A stretch of 16,982 bases of DNA from Octopus sinensis (Eukaryota). Under the pieces are notes generated by a model. It was not told where the DNA came from. It saw nothing but the letters and a program-made list of their open reading frames with translations, and made no database searches. The position numbers were made by a program, and so were the translations under genes. This document shows positions 1 to 9,262 of this stretch, piece by piece; position 1 is the stretch's first letter; the number at the start of each line of letters is the position of its first letter. The stretch is taken from contig NW_021825061.1 in the NCBI RefSeq assembly GCF_006345805.1, forward strand, positions 1 through 16,982, in the 5' to 3' direction.

Positions 1-108
1 GAAAGAAGAGAAAAGGAAAGAAAGAAAAAGAACCAAGAAGAAAGAAGAAAGAAAGAAAAGAAAGAAAGAAAAAGAAAGAAAGAAGGAAAGAGAAAGAAAG
101 AAAGAAAG
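1..108. repeat. (GAAA)n purine-rich simple repeat
   Basis: Imperfect GAAA/GAA runs read directly; followed by a T/(GTT)-rich tract at about 181-248. Confidence 0.9.
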
Positions 109-404
109 CGACAGACAAAAGTAACTACGAAACAAATTTTCAAAGAAAACGAAACGAAATTGAAAGAAAATTCAAGAAAGGTTTTTTTTTCCTTTTTTGT
201 TGTCATTTTATTATTGTTGCTGTTGTTGTTGTTGTGTTGGTTGTTTTGTCTTTGAAGTCGCTAATCTGGATCGCGTCCCAGAGATCCGTCCAACAAAATA
301 CCTTAAACTTTGTTGAAGCAGTCATTATTACCTTACTTGGCTAATTGCCTTTCGAGACGTTATTACACTCAACAACTCTACACTACAATGCTCCCACCTT
401 CAGT

Positions 405-405
<1 letters not shown>

Positions 406-438
<33 letters not shown>

Positions 439-673
439 GAACACACACGTACGCACCTACATACAAACACGCACACATTTTCACACACATAATCTTTAAT
501 TAGGCTCCGTCTTAACCTGTCACTCTCTTTCTGCCTCCCTCCATTTAAACCTGTCACTCTCTCTCTCTTTCTACCCCCTCTCTCTCTACCTCTCTCACCC
601 TTTCGATCTTCCTCCTACCCTCTCCATTCCCTCTTCTCCTCCTCTCCCTAATTCTTTCTTACCCCCTCTCTCT
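406..673. repeat. (CA)n tract (406-490) followed by CT-rich polypyrimidine tract (about 522-673)
   Basis: Read directly; explains the His/Thr-rich ORF 310..492. Confidence 0.9.
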
Positions 674-714
674 CACTCTGGCCTTCGTTGTCTGCCTTTC
701 CCCGTTATCTCTTT

Positions 715-1263
715 CTGTGTCAGTATATGTATGTGTGTGCATATGTGTGTGTGTGTGTGCGTGTGTGTGTGTGCATGTGTGTATGTGTGTGTATCTGTCA
801 GTATATATGTGCGTATGTGAGTCTGTCTGTGTATACATGTATGTGTGTGTCTCTCTGTGTTTGTCCGCATTTGTCCGTCGATGTCAGTGTGTATGTGTAT
901 GTGCGTGTATACGTGTGTACGTTTATTTCTATGCATATGTTTTTATATATATGTATGTGTTTGCGTGTGTGTGTGTCAATGCGTGCGGGTGGCTGTAAAT
1001 GCGACGTTGTATTTACATTACATCTTGTTATGTCTGCATGCAGTTTGTAAATAAGCGACCCCCCACCAAAACACCCTCCAACACACACACACACTCTCAC
1101 ACACACACACACGCACACACACACACACACATACATACACATACTCACACACACACACACACACACACACAACCCGACCACACATACGTATTGCATAGTT
1201 GTGCGTGCTTCTATACGTTTGTGAATGCGTATGTACATTTGTATACATGCAAGTATATATATT

Positions 1264-1298
<35 letters not shown>

Positions 1299-1425
1299 AT
1301 TCGTGGTTCGTGAGTGTATATTTAAATGTATGTGTGTGTATGTGCATGTGTGTGTATGTGCATGTATGCGTATATGCGTGTATGCGTGTATATGTGAACG
1401 CAGTTGTGTACATTTCTCCAGTCTT
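715..1425. repeat. Compound (TG)/(CA)/(TA) microsatellite with polarity switches
   Basis: TG-rich about 715-985, CA-rich about 1075-1185, TG/TA-rich about 1190-1425; source of the VCVC/HTHT ORFs. Confidence 0.9.
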
Positions 1426-1502
1426 TTATGCATTTGTTTAATGTGTCTGTTCCAGTGCATGTCTCACTGCTTCTGTCACTGAGTTCAACGTCTGTCATCA
1501 GC

Positions 1503-1510
<8 letters not shown>

Positions 1511-1573
<63 letters not shown>
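1511..1573. repeat. Perfect (AT)n microsatellite
   Basis: Uninterrupted AT dinucleotide run. Confidence 0.97.
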
Positions 1574-1574
<1 letters not shown>

Positions 1575-1575
<1 letters not shown>

Positions 1576-1712
1576 CATTTTTCAGTACGTCTGGGCCGCT
1601 TAACTCGAAACAATCTGTCTCTTCTGACCTAACCTCCCTGTAGAAGAGCGTAGGCTCGAAAAGTTAAAGACTTCCTCCATTTTTCCTGATCGTCAACCTA
1701 ATAAACCCAGTT
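1575..1712 (+). mobile_element. Short non-coding element with hammerhead-like motif (Penelope-like pLTR/retrozyme-type), between two (TA)n tracts
   Basis: Shares ctgtagaagagc..gctcgaaa.gt.aaagactt and a further about 40 nt of downstream similarity with the inverted copy at about 12375-12545. Confidence 0.55.
1638..1671 (+). ncRNA. Degenerate hammerhead-like motif with variant core CUGUAGA
   Basis: CUGUAGA-A-GAGC(GUAG)GCUC-GAA-AAGU-U-AAAGAC. The ACGU palindrome is mutated to AAGU and stem I cannot form well, so probably inactive. Confidence 0.5.
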
Positions 1713-1728
1713 CTATATATATATATAT

Positions 1729-1895
1729 GAAGAATTATGTATATTATTTACATTATTCACATTTGACGGATATTTGTCCTCGTCTTCTTTGTTGTTAACA
1801 CAACGTTTCGGCTGATGTACTCGCCAGCCTTCATCAGGTGTCCTGGGTGGAATTTCGAACCTCGGTTCTCATTCCTAAGGAATTTTTTCGATGTT
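1729..1895 (-). mobile_element. Penelope-like element terminal repeat (pLTR) or retrozyme-like remnant carrying a minimal hammerhead
   Basis: Contains the ribozyme at 1797-1842; abuts (TA)n at 1714-1728; no RT or GIY-YIG ORF remains. PLE assignment rests on the known association of minimal type I hammerheads with PLE pLTRs. Boundaries approximate. Confidence 0.65.
1797..1842 (-). ncRNA. Minimal type I hammerhead ribozyme
   Basis: Minus strand reads GACAC-CUGAUGA-A-GGCUG(GCGAGUACAU)CAGCC-GAA-ACGU-U/GUGUU. Stem I is 5 bp (one G-U), stem II is 5 bp, conserved core positions are intact, helix III is reduced to the ACGU palindrome. Predicted cleavage between 1802 and 1801. Confidence 0.85.
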
Positions 1896-1949
1896 TTTTT
1901 TTCGATTATTAACCGAAATGATGAATCATTTTCAGTAGTTTACAGTTTC

Positions 1950-2092
1950 TAATTTAAGCACAAGGCCAGCAATTTTGTGGGGAGGGGGTGGGGAATAAAT
2001 AGCGTCATGAACTTCAGTATTTCATTGCTACTTTACTTTGTCTACACCGAAAGAACGAAAGGCAAAGTTGACCCCGATAGGATTTGAACTCA
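1950..2092 (-). mobile_element. Old 5'-truncated copy of SINE family A
   Basis: Reverse complement tgagttcaaatcc...ggggtcaactttgcctttc...aaaattgctggccttgtg matches 6435-6480 and 6690-6715. Confidence 0.7.
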
Positions 2093-2120
2093 TATCATAA
2101 TGATTCTGGCCTGGCCTAGA

Positions 2121-2440
2121 TCTCCGTCGGTTGCGACAACTAGTGTTCCATTTCATTCGATCAACGGAGAAGCTTACTCATGAAATTAACGTGCAAGTGG
2201 CTGGGTACTCCAAAGACGCACGTAGAGTTAACGTAGTCCGCAAGGAGATTCATAGTAATACAGAATGTGACAAGCGTGGTCCTTTTAATTAAAGGTACAA
2301 CTCACCTTTACCAGCTGACTGGACTAGAACAACGTGAAAGGAAGTGTCTTGGTGAGGTCAAGAATACAATTCTCTTCCGGGAATCGAAATTATGACCTTA
2401 CGATTGTGAGCCGAAGCCCCTGCAATTGAGCCACGCACCT
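2121..2440 (-). mobile_element. Diverged full-length tRNA-derived SINE, family B
   Basis: Colinear with the reverse complement of 5849-6167 (e.g. gaaattaacgtgcaagtggctg, caacgtgaaa..aagtgtctt, gagccacgcacc). Confidence 0.8.
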
Positions 2441-2464
2441 TCACAATAATTCGGAACAAATACC

Positions 2465-2697
2465 TATTTCTTTACTACCCACAAGGGGCTAAACACAGAG
2501 AGGACAAACAAAGACAGACAAACGGATTAAGTCGATTACATCGACCCCAGTGCGTAACTGGTACTTATTTAATCGACCCCGAAAGGATGAAAGGCAAAGT
2601 CAACCTCGGCGGAATTTGAACTCAGAACGTAAAAGCAAACGAAATACCGCAAAGCATTATCGCCCGGCGTGCTAACGATTCTGTCAGCTCGCAGCCT
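2465..2697 (-). mobile_element. Full-length tRNA-derived SINE, family A, with 18-bp TSD
   Basis: Highly similar to 6375-6596 and 14688-14808; B-box-like gagttcaaattcc; exact direct repeat TAATTCGGAACAAATACC at 2447-2464 and 2698-2715. Confidence 0.9.
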
Positions 2698-3087
2698 TAA
2701 TTCGGAACAAATACCGCCGGACATTTTCCGACACCGCAGTAAAAGTCTCAACTTGAGATGAATTGCGGTAGGCCACGAGAGAGCGCATTCGTTGTAACCT
2801 AATGCTGGGTTTGGTGATGCCGCTGCCTGACATGCCTGGCTATTGGCAGCCATGTTTTTGTTTCTAGTTTTTTTTTTGTTTGTGGTTTCTATCGCTATTT
2901 CTAGTTTCCTCTCTGTCTAAGATTGTTTAGTCTGTGATGAAACAGAAAACTGAGTGAGAAATATTAATTTACATTGAACAAAGTTCTAACCCATTTTTAA
3001 AAAATCGTTTGTGTTTCCGTTGAAGTCCTGGTGACATATTTCTGAGTTATTTTAGTTTCTTCATAAAAATAACGTTAAGATTCAGAC

Positions 3088-3300
3088 TGTATGTATGCAT
3101 GTAGGTATGTATGTATGTATGTATGTATGTATGTATGTATGTATGTATGTATGTATGTATGTATGTATGCATGTATGTATGTGTGTATGTATGTACGTAT
3201 GTATGCATGTACGTATGTATGTATGTATGTATGTATGTATGTATGTATGTATGTATGTATGTGTATGTATTTATTTATTTATTTATGTATATGTATGTAT
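3088..3300. repeat. (ATGT)n tetranucleotide microsatellite
   Basis: Read directly; source of the MYVC ORFs. Confidence 0.95.
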
Positions 3301-3671
3301 CAGGGACGTGCCTCATGGGTAGGCAAGATAGGCAGTGCCTACCCTAAATAAAATAGATCGATAGTAACGTTTTAGGTGCAAAATTATGAATGTTACTCTG
3401 ATTACTCTGCATAAAATACAAGATATTTTATTTTTTGTAGATTAGTTAGGCATAATTCACCCCTGCCTTTCAATCTCAGTATTTAAGCTACGCATAGTTC
3501 TGCTGTAGTACACATGCTGCGTACATTCCTACAACAACGTTTTCTTTACGCGCTAGAAAGGCAGAATTAAATCTGCCTTCAGCTCAGTCGTGTTTCACTA
3601 ATTTTTTTTTGTATGCTTTACTACATAAACGTCACCAATTACCATGAGTAATTACCGATGGCACGTGCCCG
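3301..3671. mobile_element. Probable hAT-type MITE (371 bp)
   Basis: Left end CAGGGACGTGCC and right end GGCACGTGCCCG form a 10/12 inverted repeat; 8-bp GTATGTAT on both sides (3293-3300, 3672-3679); CAGGG terminus typical of hAT; no ORF. The TSD lies in a microsatellite, so it is weak evidence. Confidence 0.6.
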
Positions 3672-3786
3672 GTATGTATGTATGTATGTATACGTACATA
3701 CATACACATACACACACGCACGCAAGACACGAACACATATATAATTTATGTATGTATATTTGTATGTATATATATATATTATATAT

Positions 3787-3830
<44 letters not shown>

Positions 3831-3916
3831 TATACATGAGAGAGAAAGGCAACGTAATGACGTACGGAGTAAAGAAAAAATATACATACATACGTACATA
3901 CATATGTATATGTATA

Positions 3917-3970
<54 letters not shown>

Positions 3971-4025
3971 CATAACATCAAATATATATTATATAATATA
4001 TATATATATAATATATATATATATA
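3672..4025. repeat. Compound (ATGT)/(CA)/(TA) microsatellite
   Basis: Read directly; source of the YIYI ORFs. Confidence 0.9.
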
Positions 4026-4044
4026 TTCTTTTTTCTTTTTGCTT

Positions 4045-4160
4045 TTTGCCATTGGGCTGATGGGACACGACCTTAAAGAGTTTTTGTCGAAAGGATTAAT
4101 CCCAGTATTTATTCTTTAAGACTGGTGCTTATTCTATAGGACCCTTGCTGAGCCGCCACA
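4045..4160 (-). mobile_element. Decayed 3' part of SINE family C
   Basis: cccagtatttattctttaagactggtgcttattctat...ttgctgagccgc resembles 11000-11050 and 12820-12862. Confidence 0.55.
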
Positions 4161-4609
4161 GAGGCGTATGGAAATATGTATACATATGAAACTCACGTAA
4201 AATTCCAAAATAATATCGTTAAAAAAATTGATTTTATATATTTGAACTTATTTTCCCTTTTTACAGCATGACAAAAATGATTTTAAAGAACTGAAACCGG
4301 TAACATATTTTTATAAAAATGTAAATTGTTTTCTTTTTGCTCCAGATAAAATTCTCGAACTATTTTCTTCTTTTTGGTCATACATGCAGATATAAATAAA
4401 TGTGTGAATGTGTGTGTGTGTGTGTGTGTGTGTATCACTCAACCAGTCTTCTAAATCTGCTGCTTGAAGTGTGGGTATGACTGTCACTTCGAGGTTTTTA
4501 AGATTTATTTATTTTCATCAAAATATATGAAGAGATATGGGCTGACAGATTATTAGTCGGTTATCATTTCATTTTGCATTTATTCTGAGGTATTTAGCTT
4601 TCTCTAAAT

Positions 4610-4780
4610 AGGTGCTAAAGTCAACGCATCAGACAAAATACTCAGCAGCATTTCTCACATTCTGATTTCAAATCTCGCCGATGACAACTTTGTAGTCATC
4701 CTTTTTCATAACGACAAAATAAAGCACCTGTCAAGAGCTGCGGTCGATGCAATCGGTTTGACCCATTCCCCTCAAAAACT
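4610..4780 (+). mobile_element. Decayed SINE family A copy
   Basis: caaaatactcagcagcatttc...ttctgatttcaaatctcgccgatgacaactttg...cggtcgatgcaatcg aligns with 6400-6530. Confidence 0.6.
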
Positions 4781-5221
4781 ACAATGGACTGGCGTTCCAT
4801 TAAGAGGTATTGGGTGCTCTCGGTCAATTATACGTCATGGAAACAGGATAACCGGTTTTATAAGTCCTAGGGATCGAGAAAAAAGAGAAAGGAAACCCGA
4901 CTAATTATCACATCGTGTAATAGAATAATGCCTAGGAAAATACCATCACTGCCAATGACCCACCCAAATGGTGTTTATGCTCAATTTAATTATTAAAAGA
5001 CCATAATTGTCCTCAACAGTTTCGATAAAATGTATTACGTTATTCACAGCTTGAGAAATTCTTTTGTTAAAATGTTATTCCAGTTCTGTTCACTAACGAA
5101 CTCTGACCAGCCTGATACCTTTTCTCAGCGGGAAACAGGCGGAGGGATTTCTCTGCTGAAGTATTCTTTAATTTCTTTATTTGTACGTTAAAGGATATGT
5201 AATAGGATATGCCATGTGTAT

Positions 5222-5264
5222 ATGTGTGTGTGTGTGTGTAGACATCCCTATCATCTCTATCTAT

Positions 5265-5337
<73 letters not shown>

Positions 5338-5553
5338 CATCTCATTATATGTGTGTGTATGTACACATCTCTCTCTCCCTCTCCCTCTCCTCTCCCTCTA
5401 TCTATCTATCTATCTATCTCAAAATGTGTGTGTGTATAAACATCTCTATCTATCAATCTCACTATATGTGTATGTACACGTCTCTCTCTCTATATAATAT
5501 CTCATTATGTGTGTGTGTGTGTGTGTGTAGACATCCCTATCATCTCTATCTAT

Positions 5554-5630
<77 letters not shown>

Positions 5631-5800
5631 CATCTCATTATATGTGTGTGTATGTACACATCTCTCTCTCCCTCTCCCTCTCCCTCTCCCTCTATCTATC
5701 TATCTATCTATCTCAAAATGTGTGTGTGTATAAACATCTCTATCTATCAATCTCACTATATGTGTATGTACACGTCTCTCTCTCTATATATATATCTCAT

Positions 5801-5830
<30 letters not shown>
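5222..5830. repeat. Two-copy tandem duplication (about 290-295 bp unit) built from (TG), (ATCT) and (CT) microsatellites
   Basis: Unique anchors recur: gacatccctatc at 5241 and 5530; ctcattatg at 5501 and 5796; tcaaaatgtgtgtgtgtataaacatc in both units. Confidence 0.92.
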
Positions 5831-5836
<6 letters not shown>

Positions 5837-5848
5837 CATGTGTGTGTG

Positions 5849-6167
5849 AGGGCGCGTGGCTTAGTGGTTAGGGCATTCGGCTCATGATCGTAAGGTTGTG
5901 AGTTCGATTCCCGGCGACGCGTTGTGTCCTTGAGCAAGACACTTTATTTCACGTTGCTCCAGTCCACTCAGCTGGCAAAAATGAGTTGTACTTGTATTTC
6001 AAAGGGTCAGCCTTGTCACTCTCTGTGTCACGCTGATTATCCCCGAGAACTACGTTAAGGGTACACGTGTCTGTGGAATGCTCAGCCATTTGCACGTTAA
6101 TTTCACGAGCAAGCTGTTCCGTTGATCGTATCAGCTGGGACCCTCGTCGTCGTAACCGGCGGAGTCT
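5849..6167 (+). mobile_element. Full-length tRNA-derived SINE, family B, with TSD
   Basis: A box TGGCTTAGTGG and B box GTTCGATTCC; central gtgtccttgagcaagacacttta resembles CORE/Meta-type SINE domains; flanks TATACATGTGTGTGTG (5833-5848) and TATACATGTGTGTGCG (6168-6183), 15/16 identical. Confidence 0.9.
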
Positions 6168-6198
6168 TATACATGTGTGTGCGTATGTAGAGTGAAAA

Positions 6199-6295
6199 GG
6201 TCAAGTCCTACGGGGGTCAAATTTACCTTGCATTCTTTCGGTGTAAAATAACAGTGAAGTACTGAAGGTCAGTAACATTATCCCTCAACCCTCGC
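6199..6295 (+). mobile_element. Old 5'-truncated SINE family A copy
   Basis: ggtcaagtcctacgggggtcaaatttaccttgcattctttcggtgta resembles the reverse complement of 1950-2092. Confidence 0.55.
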
Positions 6296-6374
6296 CTCAC
6301 AATTGTAAACTGTTGAAAACGACAAATCGCATTTTCTGCTTCTGGTCAACTTAGTTCTTCTATAGTATAAGTCT

Positions 6375-6733
6375 CTGGCAGAAACGTTAACACGTCGGAC
6401 GAAATGCTTAGCGGTATTTCGTCTGTATTTATGTTCTGAGTTCAAATTCCGCCGAGGTCGACTTTGCCTTTCATCTTTTTGGGGTCGATAAATTAAGTAC
6501 CAGTTACGCACTGGTGTCGATGTAATTGACTTAATCCGTTTGTCTGTCCTTGTTTGTTCCCTCTATGTTTAGCCCCTTGTGGGTAATAAAGAAACAGGTA
6601 TTTCGTTTGTATTTACGTTCTGAGTTCAAATTCCGTCGAGGTTAGCTTTGTCTTCCATCCTTTCGAGTGGTCTAATCGACTGGCCCCCCTCCCACAAAAT
6701 TTCGGGCCTTGTGTCTAGAGTAGAAAAGATTAT
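6375..6733 (+). mobile_element. Composite/nested SINE family A (unit 6375-6596 plus restart 6597-6733 with a different 3' end)
   Basis: 46-nt direct repeat beginning GGTATTT at 6413 and 6597 (3 mismatches); first unit matches 2465-2697, second ends like 1950-1990. Confidence 0.88.
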
Positions 6734-7140
6734 AAGTTGGTGTAAAGAGATTTGTTCGTTTAATGTCGGAACTAACAAATTCGTTTGCTACGCGGCAACG
6801 AGGAAACCTTTATAGAATCGAGCTGCTTCTGGTTGATATGAAATGGCAAATGAAGAGATACTCAGACAAAATTCGCAACGCATAAATCAATGCCTGTGAT
6901 CTGTCAAATATGACCCTCGGAACGATGTCAGAGTGAAATGTCACATTTCATTTAGTAAATTAACACCCCAGTGCCGCATCGCAGCATGTATTGTGTCGCT
7001 ATTGTATTTCCTACATTTGAAATGCCCAATGCAACGAAATAAATAAATAAATATGATGGATGATGTGATAGAAATTATATAAGGCCGAACAGACAATAAA
7101 AGAAATAATACATATAATACATTTGGTTAACCACTTGCAG

Positions 7141-7212
7141 AGCAGAGTGACGCATTGGAAGAGCGCTGGGACCATAATTCAAAGGTCCCAAGATTGGAAC
7201 ACCTCTCTGCGA
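7141..7212 (+). pseudogene. Decayed initiator tRNA-Met (CAT) copy
   Basis: 72 nt, ungapped match to the conserved animal tRNA-iMet (AGCAGAGTG.CGCA..GGAAG...GCTGGG.CCATAA...A.AGGTC....GAT.G.AA.....CTCTGC.A); CAT at 7173-7175; T-stem, D-stem and anticodon-stem pairings are broken. Confidence 0.8.
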
Positions 7213-7297
7213 TGAAATAGATGGAATTACATGCATAGATCTAAATATAACCAAGCGTAGAACAGTTAATTCTTTAAAAGACTTTTCATGACCCCCT

Positions 7298-7510
7298 GCA
7301 CCAAAGCTGTAGAAATGAGTTGCGGTGTCTCTGGTGCTAAGCTGTATTGGCCCCTTTGCTTTTCCCTTGGTTTACATGAGTAGCATGGAAAAGGGAGGCT
7401 GGTATACAGGGGTAATTGCTGGTCTTCTATAAACAGTCTTGCTTGGACTTGTACACAGGAAGGGAACTTTCTAGGTGCAATCCCACGGGTACTCATGACC
7501 GAGGGAGATC
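7298..7510 (+). mobile_element. Headless SINE body (family D, related to family B core)
   Basis: agctgtagaaatgagttg matches family B agctggcaaaaatgagttg (about 5970-5988); the rest is recognised only from recall of cephalopod repeats. Confidence 0.4.
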
Positions 7511-7516
7511 CTTTCT

Positions 7517-8441
7517 TATGTATGTATGCATGTATGTAAGTATGCATGTATGTATGTATGTATGTATGTATGTATGTATGCATGCATGCATGTATGTATG
7601 TATGTATGTATGTATGTATGTATGTATGTATGTATGTATGTATGCATGTATGCATGTATGTATGTATGCATGTATGCATGCATGCATGTATGCATGTATG
7701 TATGTGTGTATATGTATGTATGTATGTATGCATGTATGCATGTATGTATGTATGCATGTATGCATGCATGTATGTATGTGTGTGTATGTATGTATGCATG
7801 TATGTATGTGTATGTATGTATGTATGTATGTGTATGTATGTATGTATGTATGTATGGGTGTGTATGTATGTATGTATATATGTATGCATGCATGCATCTA
7901 TGTATGTACGTATGCATGTATGCATGTATGTATGTATGTATGCATGTATGTATGTGTGTATGCATGTATGTATGTATATGTGTATGTATGTATGCATGTA
8001 TGTATGTATATATGTATGCATGTATGCATGCATCTATGTATGTATGTATGTATGCATGTATGTATGTATGTATGTATGTATGTATGTATGTGTGTACGTA
8101 CGTATGTATGTATGTATATATGTATGTATGTATGCATGCATGCATGCATGTATGTATGTATGTATGTATGTATGTATGTATGCATGTATGTATGCATGTA
8201 TGTACGTATGTATGTATGTATGCATGTATGTATGCATGTAAGTATGTGTGTGTATGTATGTATGTATATATGTATGTGTGTGTATGTATGTATGTATGTA
8301 TTTATGCATGCATGCATCTAAGTATGTACGTATGTATGCATGCATGTATGTATGTATGCATGTATGCATGTATGTATGCATGTATGTATGTATGTGTGTA
8401 TGTACGTATGTGTGTATGAATGTATGTATGTATGTATGTAT
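7517..8441. repeat. About 0.9 kb (ATGT)n/(ATGC)n tetranucleotide array
   Basis: Read directly; explains all long MYVC/HTYI ORFs here. Confidence 0.97.
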
Positions 8442-8784
8442 TGGAGCAGTGGGATGGAGGCTATCAGGTTGGTTGTTATCTCGAGGTCACTGTGGACCAG
8501 GAGTGGTGAGCTTTGGAAGAGCAAGTGCTACCAGAGGTAGTGCTAACTGGGCACAAGGTGGGGGCCAGATCAAACATAGCTGGGTCACCCGGGTGAGGGT
8601 ATTTGACTGTTGAAAGATCCAACACAACTAATGACCCCCACCCCAGGAAATATGGATGAGGGTGTGTCCAGGTACATCACTGGATGATGTTTGGAACAAT
8701 TTACAATGTATTAAAAAAAAAAAACCACCACCGAAATATCAAACATATTTTCCCGCCTAATGTTTCATATCTTTCTGATTAACT

Positions 8785-8801
8785 TGCTGCTGCGACTACT
8801 G

Positions 8802-8832
<31 letters not shown>

Positions 8833-8985
8833 GCCGCCGCCGCCGATGACTACTACTACTACTGCTGCTGCTGATGCTGTCATTATATCATTAACGCCGC
8901 AAATACAACAACGATTATCACGGCAACCGCTGCTATTCACACCACTACTACTACCACCACCACCACCACCACTATACTACTACTT

Positions 8986-9034
<49 letters not shown>

Positions 9035-9262
9035 CACTTGTGCTACCACTACAAGCCTAATTCTACAAACATGACCAACCCATTAACCCCACCACCACCT
9101 CCATCACCACCACCAACGCCACCACCGACAATACTACCACAACTATCACTACCATCACCATTAACACCACAATCATCATCACCAACAGCAGAACACCACC
9201 ACTACTACCACCACCACCACCATCACCACTACTACTACTACCACTACTATTACTTCTACCAA
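8785..9262. repeat. Compound trinucleotide repeats (CTA, GCC, GCT, CCA)
   Basis: Read directly; ORF 8846..9268 (poly-T/P/Y/H) derives from it. Confidence 0.85.

Noticed and set aside
673-1482. Cys/Val- and His/Thr-rich ORFs resembling metal-binding proteins
   Set aside because: Products of (TG)/(CA) microsatellites.
4782-4885. atggactggcg... resembling a LINE-derived SINE 3' tail; likewise a very decayed family C head at about 11240-11370
   Set aside because: Similarity is too weak to support without an alignment.
5222-5830. CRISPR-like or protein-repeat interpretation of the repeats
   Set aside because: Eukaryotic context, no constant repeat with unique spacers, no cas genes.
5851-5920. 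Functional tRNA gene
   Set aside because: Has A and B boxes but no acceptor stem closure; continues into a SINE body bounded by a TSD.
7266-8613. Long ORFs of 200-300 aa (MYVC/HTYI repeats)
   Set aside because: They are translations of (ATGT)n, which lacks stop codons in several frames on both strands; no coding signal.
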